A stretch of 32,000 nucleotides of DNA, taken from an uncultured archaeon (GTDB lineage Archaea; Iainarchaeota; Iainarchaeia; Iainarchaeales; CSSED10-239). The notes under the pieces are model-generated. The model was not told where the DNA came from. It saw only the letters and a program-made list of their open reading frames with translations, and searched no databases. This document shows positions 24,187-32,000 of the stretch, piece by piece. Location: assembly GCA_964591795.1 (NCBI GenBank), contig CAZQEL010000004.1, positions 1-32,000 of the forward strand. Reading direction: 5' to 3'. The translations under genes were made by a program, and so were the position numbers. Positions within the stretch are counted from its first letter, which is position 1, and every line of letters begins with the position of its first letter.

Positions 24187-26100
24187 TTACCTTTTTATAA
24201 TATATTCTTTTTGTATTTCTTTTGAAACATCATGAATAACTCTTATTTTTTTATCAATTAAATTTTGTAAAATTTGAGCTCTATCAGATATTTTTTTCTT
24301 AATATCAGCATCATTTAAATTTGTGTATGTTTTAATAATATCAAGATACATTATTGGATTACTTGTTCTTTCTAACATATCTGTTTGAGGATTCCATGCA
24401 AACACCATATTAATTTTTGGATCTCCATCTAAAACGCCTTTTATTTCAGCAATAGCAGTAATTCTTCTTACTTGTCCTTTTGCGGTTCTTAGTCTTTTTT
24501 GAATTATAATAAAATCAATACCAGCAAGCATTAATGGAGGTACGTTCATGGGAGGAGAAGTTAATCTTACAATAGTTTCTTTTGCAGAGTTAGCGTGCAC
24601 TGTTCCCATACAACCATCGTGACCTGTGTTCATGGCAGTGAATAAGGTAGTTGCTTCTTTGTGTCTTATTTCACCTACTATTATTCTATCTGGTCTCATT
24701 CTCAATGTATTTTTAGTTAAAATTTCTAAACTTAATTCACCTTTACCTTCAAGACCTGGAGGTCTTCCTTCAAATCTAATTACATGTTTAATAGGTAAAT
24801 TTAATTCCGCAGTGTCTTCAATTGTTAATATTCTATCTGATTCTGGAATAAAATTTGCTAAAACATTTAATGTGGTTGTTTTTCCAGATCCAGTTCCACC
24901 AGATATTAAAATATTTGATGGTTTTGCACCAAACCCTTCAACCACACACCATAAGAATGATGCAACTTCTAAATTTAAAGTTTTAAAATTAATTAAATCA
25001 ATGATAGTGTAAGGATCTTCTCTAAACTTTCTAATAGTTATTGTAGAACCATCAATTGATGCAGGTGGTACAGTTGCATTTACACGAGAACCATCAGGTA
25101 ATCTTGCATCTAAAAGAGGATTTGCAATATCAACATTTCTACCAATAGATCTTGCAATTTTATCAATAATATCATTTATCCCATCATCAGAATAAAACAT
25201 AATATTTGTTGTCATCATACCATAATCTATATGATAAACATATACTGGTTTTTTAGGACCAACAATCATTATTTCTTCAAGTTTATCATCATCAAGTAAA
25301 GGCTCAATTATTCCATATCCAGTCATTTCTTTTACAACTGCGTCAGCATAAAAAGGATATAAGTGCTTTGGAATATTAATTTCTTGAGCGGTTTCAAGAA
25401 TATCTAGAACTTTTTGATAATATATATTTTTTCTTTGTAAATGATCTTTAATTTTATAAGGATCAGATGAAACTAATCTAGTTGTTGCTTCTTTTAAAGT
25501 ATTAATAATTATTTTTTGACTAGGATTTGGTTTAGGCACAGGTACTGAATAGTGTAGTAATGATTGAGAATCAAGTCTATAAATTTTAACTTTATTATAT
25601 TTAGCAATTACAGTTGCACCTTCTATTGTTTCTTCTTGTGCTTCAATTATAGTATCATTTTTTGGTTGAAGTTCATCAGGATTAATATCCTTATTATTTT
25701 CTAAAGATTTTAATTTTGATAAAGCATCTTCTCTATTTTTAACTTGTGTATTACTTTCAAAAGCATCTGTTGGTTTGTTAAGATCCTCTATTGATGTTTT
25801 TGGTTGTGAAGAAATAATTTCTTTTTCTTTAAATACATTTTTTGGTTGTGGTGATGAAAAATCAACTATCTTATGTTTTAATAATAAATCATCTAAATTT
25901 TGAGAAGAAGGTGTTGATATGGTATTTTTTTTATGGTTATTATCTTGCACAGGAATTTTTTTTTTTTCTGTAAAAACTTTTTTAATTTCAGAAGTTGGAG
26001 AATTATTTAAAACTGGTTTTTCTATTAATTTTTCTTTACTAGAAACTTTTTTTTTATCATCACTATATTTTACAATCAATTCATCAAGATATGATGCCAT
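24187..26100 (-). CDS. Type IV filament assembly ATPase (FlaI/TadA/VirB11-GspE superfamily) with N-terminal extension of about 160 aa
   Basis: Walker A GGTGSGKTT, TIEDTAEL, Walker B/Asp box RPDRIIVGEIR, His box TGHDGCMGTVHANSA. ATG at 26100 is preceded by GGTGA, which overlaps the rfcS stop codon (TAGGTGAATTTTATG). The ORF-track start at 26109 is GTG. Confidence 0.9.
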   Translation of the reverse strand: MASYLDELIVKYSDDKKKVSSKEKLIEKPVLNNSPTSEIKKVFTEKKKIPVQDNNHKKNTISTPSSQNLDDLLLKHKIVDFSSPQPKNVFKEKEIISSQPKTSIEDLNKPTDAFESNTQVKNREDALSKLKSLENNKDINPDELQPKNDTIIEAQEETIEGATVIAKYNKVKIYRLDSQSLLHYSVPVPKPNPSQKIIINTLKEATTRLVSSDPYKIKDHLQRKNIYYQKVLDILETAQEINIPKHLYPFYADAVVKEMTGYGIIEPLLDDDKLEEIMIVGPKKPVYVYHIDYGMMTTNIMFYSDDGINDIIDKIARSIGRNVDIANPLLDARLPDGSRVNATVPPASIDGSTITIRKFREDPYTIIDLINFKTLNLEVASFLWCVVEGFGAKPSNILISGGTGSGKTTTLNVLANFIPESDRILTIEDTAELNLPIKHVIRFEGRPPGLEGKGELSLEILTKNTLRMRPDRIIVGEIRHKEATTLFTAMNTGHDGCMGTVHANSAKETIVRLTSPPMNVPPLMLAGIDFIIIQKRLRTAKGQVRRITAIAEIKGVLDGDPKINMVFAWNPQTDMLERTSNPIMYLDIIKTYTNLNDADIKKKISDRAQILQNLIDKKIRVIHDVSKEIQKEYIIKR

Positions 26101-26109
26101 AAAATTCAC

Positions 26110-27090
26110 CTATTTGTTTATACTAATTAATATTATTTGAGCAAGTAATGCTTCAAGTTGGATTCTATCATTTGCACCTTCAACTAATCTAAAGTTAATT
26201 TCTGCAATTTTATCAATTATTTTTATTTTCATTTTTATATTTATTTTTTCTTCAGGATAAGCTACTAATTTTTTATAAATTTGATTAATTATATCTTCTC
26301 CACTTAATCCCTGTTCAAAAAGTAATTTTTGCATAAAGCTTCTTGCTTTTAAAAAATCTTGGGATAAACAGGAATCTATCATATTATATATATCTTGAGG
26401 TTGAGCTGAATTTGACACTTCATAAATACTTTCTAAAGTAACTTTGTTATTTATTGAAGCTGCAGCTTGTAAATAATTAATTGCAGTCCTCATATCTCCT
26501 GCACAAACATCAAAAATTGCATCTAATGCATCAGTATCTAATTGTACTGTTTCTTTTTCAGCAATCATAGTTAAATAATCTTTAACATCTATTTTTAATA
26601 AAGGTTTAAATTTAAATAAAGAACATCTACTTTGTATTGGAGTTATTAATTTTGAAGAATAATTTGCATTAAGTATAAATCTAACAGTTCCAGTATATTT
26701 TTCCATGGTTCTTCTTAGTGCTTGTTGAGCATCTACTGTTAATGCATCAGCTTCATCTAAAAAAATTATTTTAAAATCTGCACCTAAAGGAATTGTTCTT
26801 GAAAAATCTTTAATTGCTCCTCTTACAATTCCAATACCTCTTTCATCAGAAGCATTTAATTCTAAAAAGTCTTGAGAAAATGTATTTTGAAAAATTTCTT
26901 TTGCAAGTGCTACTGCTGAACAAGTTTTTCCAATTCCTGGAGGACCTGCAAACAACATATTTGGCATACTTTTCTTTTCAACATATTTTTTAAGCCTAGG
27001 AATTATATGTTTTTGACCAACCATTTGGTCTAATGTCTTAGGTCTATATTTTTCGGTCCAAGGAAAAGAATGGTCTGATTTTACTGTCAA
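26110..27090 (-). CDS. rfcS: Replication factor C small subunit
   Basis: PWTEKYRPKTLDQMVGQ, Walker A GPPGIGKT, FLDEADALT, SRC. An in-frame TGA at 27097-27099 leaves TTG at 27090 as the only start upstream of the conserved N-terminus. GTGAT lies 5 nt upstream. Confidence 0.9.
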   Translation of the reverse strand: MTVKSDHSFPWTEKYRPKTLDQMVGQKHIIPRLKKYVEKKSMPNMLFAGPPGIGKTCSAVALAKEIFQNTFSQDFLELNASDERGIGIVRGAIKDFSRTIPLGADFKIIFLDEADALTVDAQQALRRTMEKYTGTVRFILNANYSSKLITPIQSRCSLFKFKPLLKIDVKDYLTMIAEKETVQLDTDALDAIFDVCAGDMRTAINYLQAAASINNKVTLESIYEVSNSAQPQDIYNMIDSCLSQDFLKARSFMQKLLFEQGLSGEDIINQIYKKLVAYPEEKINIKMKIKIIDKIAEINFRLVEGANDRIQLEALLAQIILISINK

Positions 27091-27301
27091 AAATAATCAC
27101 TTTATAATATATATTAATAATATTTATTGTAACCCAATAGATTTATAATACTTTTTAATACTAGTAAAATTATATCTAATTCGAACAAATGTTAACTAAA
27201 TTTTAAGATTTACAAGCAATTTTAAATTAAAAACAAAAATAAGAAAGTTATTTATAGTTTTTAGTACATAAATATAATATAAAATAAAAAGAGAATAATA
27301 T

Positions 27302-27709
27302 ATGACTAAAAAAATTAAATTTAATTTAAAAGCAATAATTTGGTTTTTAATTGCTATAATAATAACCTATGGAATGATTTACCTATTAACTCCTGGTGAT
27401 TTTTTTAAATCTCCAATGTATATGCTTTTACCATTAGTTGGATTTTTTGTAATGTTTTATATTACAGAATATATAATGAAATATATTCATTTGAAAAACA
27501 AATATATTTTTTTAGGAATATTTATTGTGCTTGGAATTATAGCCTATTACTTAGCAATATTCTTTTTTTATTGGAATATAATTACATTAAATAATATACC
27601 TGCAAAAGAACTTTTTAAATTTGTTTTTGGAAATACAAGTTTGATTTTAACAACCGCCTTTTTAGAATTTATTGTTGCAGGGGCATTTGGAATAATTGCC
27701 TCTAAATAA
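27302..27709 (+). CDS. Small membrane protein (about 4 TM helices), unknown function
   Basis: 135-aa hydrophobic ORF. No recognisable motif. Confidence 0.4.
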   Translation: MTKKIKFNLKAIIWFLIAIIITYGMIYLLTPGDFFKSPMYMLLPLVGFFVMFYITEYIMKYIHLKNKYIFLGIFIVLGIIAYYLAIFFFYWNIITLNNIPAKELFKFVFGNTSLILTTAFLEFIVAGAFGIIASK

Positions 27710-27741
27710 TTCTTTTTTTAATTTATTAAAATTTGATAAAT

Positions 27742-28977
27742 ATGTCTAAATTTTTTGTAAAAACATTTGGTTGTACTTTAAACAAAAAAGACACAGAAGA
27801 AGTAATTAATTTAAATGAGACCACCTCTGATTTACAAAAATCTGATTATATATTAATTAACACTTGTGGAGTTAAAGAACAAACTCAAACAAAAATAATT
27901 AATTATCTCAAAAAAATAAAACTTACTAACATAAAACAAAATAAAATAATTATATTTGGTTGTTTAGTAGATATAGATAAAAGTGCAATGACAAGTGTTT
28001 TACCAAATGCAAATTATTTTAAAGTAGCTGAAAAAAATAATATAAAAAAATTAATTGGGAAAGGAAAATTAAAATCAAAAAAAATAAATTTCACACAAAT
28101 TATCGTGCTATCAAATGGTTGTCTTGGAAATTGTTATTATTGTGCAGTTAAATTTGCAAGAGGAAAACTAAAAAGTAAGCCAGTAAATAAAATTGTTGAA
28201 GAAATAAAAAAAGAATTAATTGAAAAACAAGTTAAAGAAATTATTTTAACATCCCAAGATAACGCTTACTATGGACTTGACATTAATGAATCATTAATTA
28301 CACTTTTAAAAGAAATTCTGAAAATTAAGAATGATTTTAAATTAAAAATAGGTATGGGTAATCCTCAACATTTAATTAATATTTTACCCGAATTAATTGA
28401 AATTTATAAAGATCCTAGAATATATAAATTTTTACATATTCCTATTCAGTCAGGTGACAATCAAGTACTTAAAGATATGAATAGATTTTATAAAATAGAA
28501 GATGTATATAAAATAATTTCAGAATTTAAAAAAGAAATACCTGAACTTACAATTGCAACAGATATAATTGTAGGTTACCCTACAGAAACTGATGCCCAAT
28601 TTAAAAACACATTAAAATTTATTAAAGAAATAAAACCAAACTTTGTAAATATATCTAGATACGGGATTAGAAAAAATATTGAAGCAAACAAATACACAGA
28701 TTTAAAAGGAAATATAAAAAAAAAACGTTCGAGAGAATTAACTATCCTTTTTGAAAATACAATTGAAAATAAAAACAAAAAAGATATTAATAAAATAAAA
28801 GATATATTAATTACAAAAATTGGTAAAAACGGATTATATATAGGCAAAACTAATGAATATAAATCAGTTGTAATTAACCAAAAGGTGTCCCTTGGAGACA
28901 AACTAACTGTAAAAATAACAAAAACCTCAAAATACCATTTATTTGGAAAAATAACAAATCCAAAACAAATTAACTGA
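27742..28977 (+). CDS. MiaB-like tRNA methylthiotransferase, archaeal type (radical SAM plus C-terminal TRAM-like domain)
   Basis: N-terminal domain Cys residues in TFGCTLN, INTCGVKE and IFGCLV. Radical SAM motif NGCLGNCYYCAV. ATG at 27742 (the ORF-track start at 27733 is TTG). Confidence 0.85.
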   Translation: MSKFFVKTFGCTLNKKDTEEVINLNETTSDLQKSDYILINTCGVKEQTQTKIINYLKKIKLTNIKQNKIIIFGCLVDIDKSAMTSVLPNANYFKVAEKNNIKKLIGKGKLKSKKINFTQIIVLSNGCLGNCYYCAVKFARGKLKSKPVNKIVEEIKKELIEKQVKEIILTSQDNAYYGLDINESLITLLKEILKIKNDFKLKIGMGNPQHLINILPELIEIYKDPRIYKFLHIPIQSGDNQVLKDMNRFYKIEDVYKIISEFKKEIPELTIATDIIVGYPTETDAQFKNTLKFIKEIKPNFVNISRYGIRKNIEANKYTDLKGNIKKKRSRELTILFENTIENKNKKDINKIKDILITKIGKNGLYIGKTNEYKSVVINQKVSLGDKLTVKITKTSKYHLFGKITNPKQIN

Positions 28978-29043
28978 AAATGTTAGGTTTTTAAAATAAT
29001 TGACACAATATATAGTATATATTAAACTTAAAATTGATAATTT

Positions 29044-29763
29044 ATGGACGTAATATTAAGCTTTAAAAAATATTTTGAAAATTACAAACTTGCATTTTCA
29101 TATAGTGTACTATTTATTTTTTTGCTTTTTATAATTGATCCTTTCATAAGTATGTTTGGAGGTACCTTAAATTTATCCTATAACTTAGTTGATGCACCTT
29201 TTGTAAATATGGTAGTTATATTAATTACAATGCTTATTTTAAATTTTATTTATTCATTAATACAAAGTGTTTTAATTTACAAAATAGGAAAAGACTATCA
29301 CATTTCAGAAACTGTGCCTTTCAAAAAAATAAAACAAATATTTTATAAATTATTGAAATTTAATTTTAGTTTCTTTTTATTTATTTTTTTAATATCCGCA
29401 ATATTATATGACTTTAATATTTTAAATAATATCTTAATTCAATTAATTTTTTTAATTATATCAATAGCACTTTGGTTTGTACCTCAAATAATGGTACTTG
29501 AAAACGAATCTATTTCAAAATCAATATATTTAAGCATTAAATATTTTGGCAGGAATTGGTTTCATTTTATCACTTTATTTTTAAGTGCATTCATATTAAT
29601 TATAATCACAAGTTTACTTGATATTTTAATTCCTGGTGTAGGTGGATTCATTATTTCAACAGGATTTTTAGTTATTTTTGTAATTCCATTTATAGAAATT
29701 TTAAAAACAGAAATATACTTAAATAAATATAATTTATTAAAACCAAGACATCAATTAAAATAA
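29044..29763 (+). CDS. Polytopic membrane protein (about 6 TM helices), unknown function
   Basis: 239-aa hydrophobic ORF. No recognisable motif. Confidence 0.4.
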   Translation: MDVILSFKKYFENYKLAFSYSVLFIFLLFIIDPFISMFGGTLNLSYNLVDAPFVNMVVILITMLILNFIYSLIQSVLIYKIGKDYHISETVPFKKIKQIFYKLLKFNFSFFLFIFLISAILYDFNILNNILIQLIFLIISIALWFVPQIMVLENESISKSIYLSIKYFGRNWFHFITLFLSAFILIIITSLLDILIPGVGGFIISTGFLVIFVIPFIEILKTEIYLNKYNLLKPRHQLK

Positions 29764-29785
29764 TATTTAAAAAAGAGGAATAATT

Positions 29786-30256
29786 ATGCAAATCATAGAT
29801 AAAATTGACAAACACATTATTGAAAAATTAATAAATGATGGAAGAATATCATTTGCTGCTATTGCCAAAGATATTAACTTAACTGATGTTGCAATTAAAA
29901 AAAGACTTGAAAGATTAAAACAAAGAGGTATTATTAAAAATATTTTTGCAGAAATAGATTATAACATTATAGGTTATACTGAAATAATAGAAATGCTTGT
30001 TGCAGTAGATCCATCTAAAAAAAATGAAGTTGTTAAAAAATTAAAAGATAATGAAGATGTACTTAGTTTAATTGAAGTTACTGGTGAATATAATTTAATC
30101 TGTAAATTAATGGCACAAGACAAAATTGATTTAAAAATTGTGTTAGATAATATATTTAGAGTTGATGGAATAATAAAAGTAAATACATTAACAGTTTTAA
30201 AAGAACACAAAAACAGTAAAAGCCTTCCAAGTAAAATATTACAAACCACATTTTAA
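29786..30256 (+). CDS. Lrp/AsnC-family transcriptional regulator
   Basis: The N-terminal HTH region IIDKIDKHIIEKLINDGRISFAAIAKDINLTDVAIKKRLERLKQRGIIK is followed by a C-terminal alpha/beta ligand-binding domain, in a 156-aa protein. GAGG lies upstream of the ATG. Confidence 0.85.
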   Translation: MQIIDKIDKHIIEKLINDGRISFAAIAKDINLTDVAIKKRLERLKQRGIIKNIFAEIDYNIIGYTEIIEMLVAVDPSKKNEVVKKLKDNEDVLSLIEVTGEYNLICKLMAQDKIDLKIVLDNIFRVDGIIKVNTLTVLKEHKNSKSLPSKILQTTF

Positions 30257-30281
30257 ATTTTTAAAAAAGGATCTGTTATAA

Positions 30282-32000
30282 ATGAAACTAATTATTTCTG
30301 AAAAGGCAATTGCAGGAAAAAAAATTGCAAATATATTATCCAAAAATAAATTTGAAACTATTAAAGATAAAGGAATTAATACTTTTAAATTTAAAGTTGG
30401 CACTGAAGATTACCTTTTAATTCCTTTAAGAGGTCATATTAATACAGTAGATTTTGCAAATCCAGAAGGTTACTGGAGTATATTTAATTTAGATTTACTT
30501 GCAAATAAAAAATTTGAATACAAAGAAGTAGAAAAACGAATTATTACACTTTTAAAAGAAAAAAGAAAAGAATTAACAGAAATTATAATTGCAACTGATG
30601 CTGATCGTGAAGGTGAAGCAATTGGTCTAGAAGCATATAATTATATAAAAATAAAAAATGATAAAGCTACCCTTAAACGTGCTTATTTTAGTGCATTAAT
30701 TGACAAAGAAGTAAATAATGCATTTAATAAATTAAGAGAATTAGATTTTAATTATGCATATTCTGTTTTTGCAAGACAAGAAGTTGATTTATTATGGGGT
30801 GCTATTCTTACAAGATACCTATCAGTAATATCAAATAGAAAAGGAAAATTATTTTTATCTGCAGGAAGGGTACAAACACCACTTTTAAATTTTATTGTTG
30901 AAAAAGAACTTGAAAGAGATAATTTTGTTTCTGAAAAATATAGAGTTATTAGAATACTATTTGAAAAAGATAAAATTAAATTTGAAGGATTACACAAAAT
31001 AAATAAATTTTTCAACACTGAAAAAGGAGATTTAATTTTTGATAAAATTAAAGATGCTAAAGAAGGTATTGTTCAATCAGTATCCAAATCAGAAAAAATA
31101 TTAAGAAGACCAGCTCCATTTAATACAACTAGTTTTTTACGAAGTGCAAGTGCAATAGGGGTTGGTACTACAAAAGCAATGTCAACCGCAGAAAGTTTAT
31201 ACCAAAGAGGACTTATTAGTTATCCGAGAACCGATAACACAGTATATCCTTCAAGCCTTGATTTTAAAGGTATACTTTCAAAATTATCAATCATAAAGGA
31301 ATACGAATCAGATATTAAAGAAATTTTAAAGAAACCACTTAAACCATCCAGAGGAAATAAAGAAACTACTGATCATCCTCCAATATATCCTGTAGATATA
31401 TCATTAGATTTAGATGGAACTGAAAAAAAGGTTTATGATTTAATAATTAGAAGATTTTTGGCTACACTTTCAATAGATGCAAAAACAGAAAATTTATCTG
31501 TAGTAATAAATGTTTTAAAAGAACCATTTACTGTTACCGGTCAAATAATATTAGAACCAGGTTGGAAAAAAATATATATTTATTCAAAATTAAATGAAGT
31601 AATATTACCTCATTTAGAAAAGGAAAATATAGTTGCAATTAATAATAAATTTTTAGATAAAAAAGTAACTACTCCACCTCCAAGATATACAGAAGGTGGA
31701 TTAATCAAATTAATGGAAGATCAAAATTTAGGAACTAAATCTACAAGACCAGCAATCATACAAAAGTTAAAAAATAGAAATTATATTAAGCAAGAAAAAC
31801 AAATTGAACCAACTAAAATAGCTATCTCTGTATGTAGTGTTTTAAATAAACACGCAGATCTAATTGCAAAACCAAAATTAACTGCTGATATTGAAGAAAA
31901 CATGGAACAAGTAGCAACTGGAAATAAAACAAAAGAAGCTGTTGTTGATGATAGCAGAAAAATGTTACATGAAATAATTAAAATACTTTTAAAAGAAAAA
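30282..32000 (+). CDS. topA: Type IA DNA topoisomerase (archaeal TopA/Topo III-like), 5' part; runs off the right edge
   Basis: I translated roughly the first 1,000 nt (30282 to about 31260) and found no stop there. The rest of the frame to 32000 is assumed open because the ORF track lists no plus-strand ORF in this region. Motifs: MKLIISEKAIAGKKIA (Toprim start), IIATDADREGEAI, SAGRVQTPLL, active-site LISYPRTDN. Absent from the ORF track only because it has no stop in the window. Confidence 0.9.
   Translation, partial: MKLIISEKAIAGKKIANILSKNKFETIKDKGINTFKFKVGTEDYLLIPLRGHINTVDFANPEGYWSIFNLDLLANKKFEYKEVEKRIITLLKEKRKELTEIIIATDADREGEAIGLEAYNYIKIKNDKATLKRAYFSALIDKEVNNAFNKLRELDFNYAYSVFARQEVDLLWGAILTRYLSVISNRKGKLFLSAGRVQTPLLNFIVEKELERDNFVSEKYRVIRILFEKDKIKFEGLHKINKFFNTEKGDLIFDKIKDAKEGIVQSVSKSEKILRRPAPFNTTSFLRSASAIGVGTTKAMSTAESLYQRGLISYPRTDNTVYPSSLDFKGILSKLSIIKEYESDIKEILKKPLKPSRGNKETTDHPPIYPVDISLDLDGTEKKVYDLIIRRFLATLSIDAKTENLSVVINVLKEPFTVTGQIILEPGWKKIYIYSKLNEVILPHLEKENIVAINNKFLDKKVTTPPPRYTEGGLIKLMEDQNLGTKSTRPAIIQKLKNRNYIKQEKQIEPTKIAISVCSVLNKHADLIAKPKLTADIEENMEQVATGNKTKEAVVDDSRKMLHEIIKILLKEK

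Noticed and set aside
21203-25200. Higher-G+C patch as a horizontally transferred island
   Set aside because: The elevated G+C tracks Gly/Ala/Pro/Arg-rich conserved cores (the ATPase Walker region, T2SF domains) and C-ending two-fold codons in the pilin. That pattern suggests amino-acid constraint and expression bias rather than foreign origin. It cannot be settled without genome-wide statistics.
18457-26100. Archaellum (archaeal flagellum) operon
   Set aside because: There is no FlaH/KaiC-like ATPase, no FlaC-G accessory genes and no archaellin-sized (about 200+ aa) subunits. The platform is split into two single-domain proteins, and all pre-proteins have Gln at +1, which fits an Epd-type pilus rather than an archaellum.
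30752-31018. 88-aa minus-strand ORF
   Set aside because: It lies inside the topoisomerase gene, whose plus-strand frame carries the Toprim and active-site Tyr motifs in the stretch I translated (30282 to about 31260). That stretch covers this ORF.
1-32000. tRNA, rRNA, other structured RNA genes and CRISPR arrays
   Set aside because: I scanned every intergenic gap (for example 1411-1669, 1934-2146, 9634-10111, 12064-12159, 15767-15871, 16253-16393, 27091-27301 and 28978-29043). I looked for G+C-rich patches of 70-90 nt or regularly spaced direct repeats and saw none. The only tandem repeats are short A/T pentamer runs (555-600, 21125-21150) and the dnaK 15-mer.

Overview
Very AT-rich archaeal window. 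Hand counts give about 17% G+C in some membrane-protein genes and 35-47% only in conserved or highly expressed genes. It is gene-dense, with Shine-Dalgarno-led, frequently overlapping genes and the standard code (TAA, TAG and TGA all terminate). The gene content is RFC small subunit, RtcB, HPS/PHI, class III signal-peptide pilins, an archaeal MiaB-like enzyme, Lrp/AsnC and a type IA topoisomerase, plus small divergent proteins. This points to a reduced-genome archaeon, possibly DPANN-like (inference only). Left to right: (1) an accessory-looking edge with a partial hydrolase-like CDS, a radical-SAM-like protein with off-spacing Cys motif, a YkgJ-type Cys-cluster protein and a decayed IS200/IS605 tnpA relic. 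(2) An eight-gene minus-strand cluster, prs-rpiB-hps-phi-GH130-(GH130-GH130 fusion)-cupin PMI-phosphomannomutase. Read backwards it forms an unbroken route from beta-mannoside phosphorolysis to PRPP. (3) A 1-kb ORF-poor stretch with two convergent decayed ORFs. (4) rtcB and a bacterial-type grpE-dnaK-dnaJ operon. (5) A minimal JAMM metalloprotease. (6) An 11-kb minus-strand block starting with rfcS (TTG start), coupled to an Epd/Tad-like type IV pilus locus. That locus has a FlaI/TadA-family ATPase with a long N-terminal extension, two separate T2SF platform proteins, six pre-pilins all with a G|Q cleavage motif (two of them Flp-sized) and an enlarged A24 prepilin peptidase. Three tightly coupled membrane proteins of unknown role follow, one with a possible OB-like (beta-rich) ectodomain. 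(7) Plus-strand housekeeping genes: MiaB-like methylthiotransferase, Lrp/AsnC and topA (runs off the right edge), flanked by unknown membrane proteins. I found no rRNA, tRNA or CRISPR. The two most interesting items are the mannoside-to-PRPP cluster and the Epd/Tad-like pilus locus with its appended membrane module.
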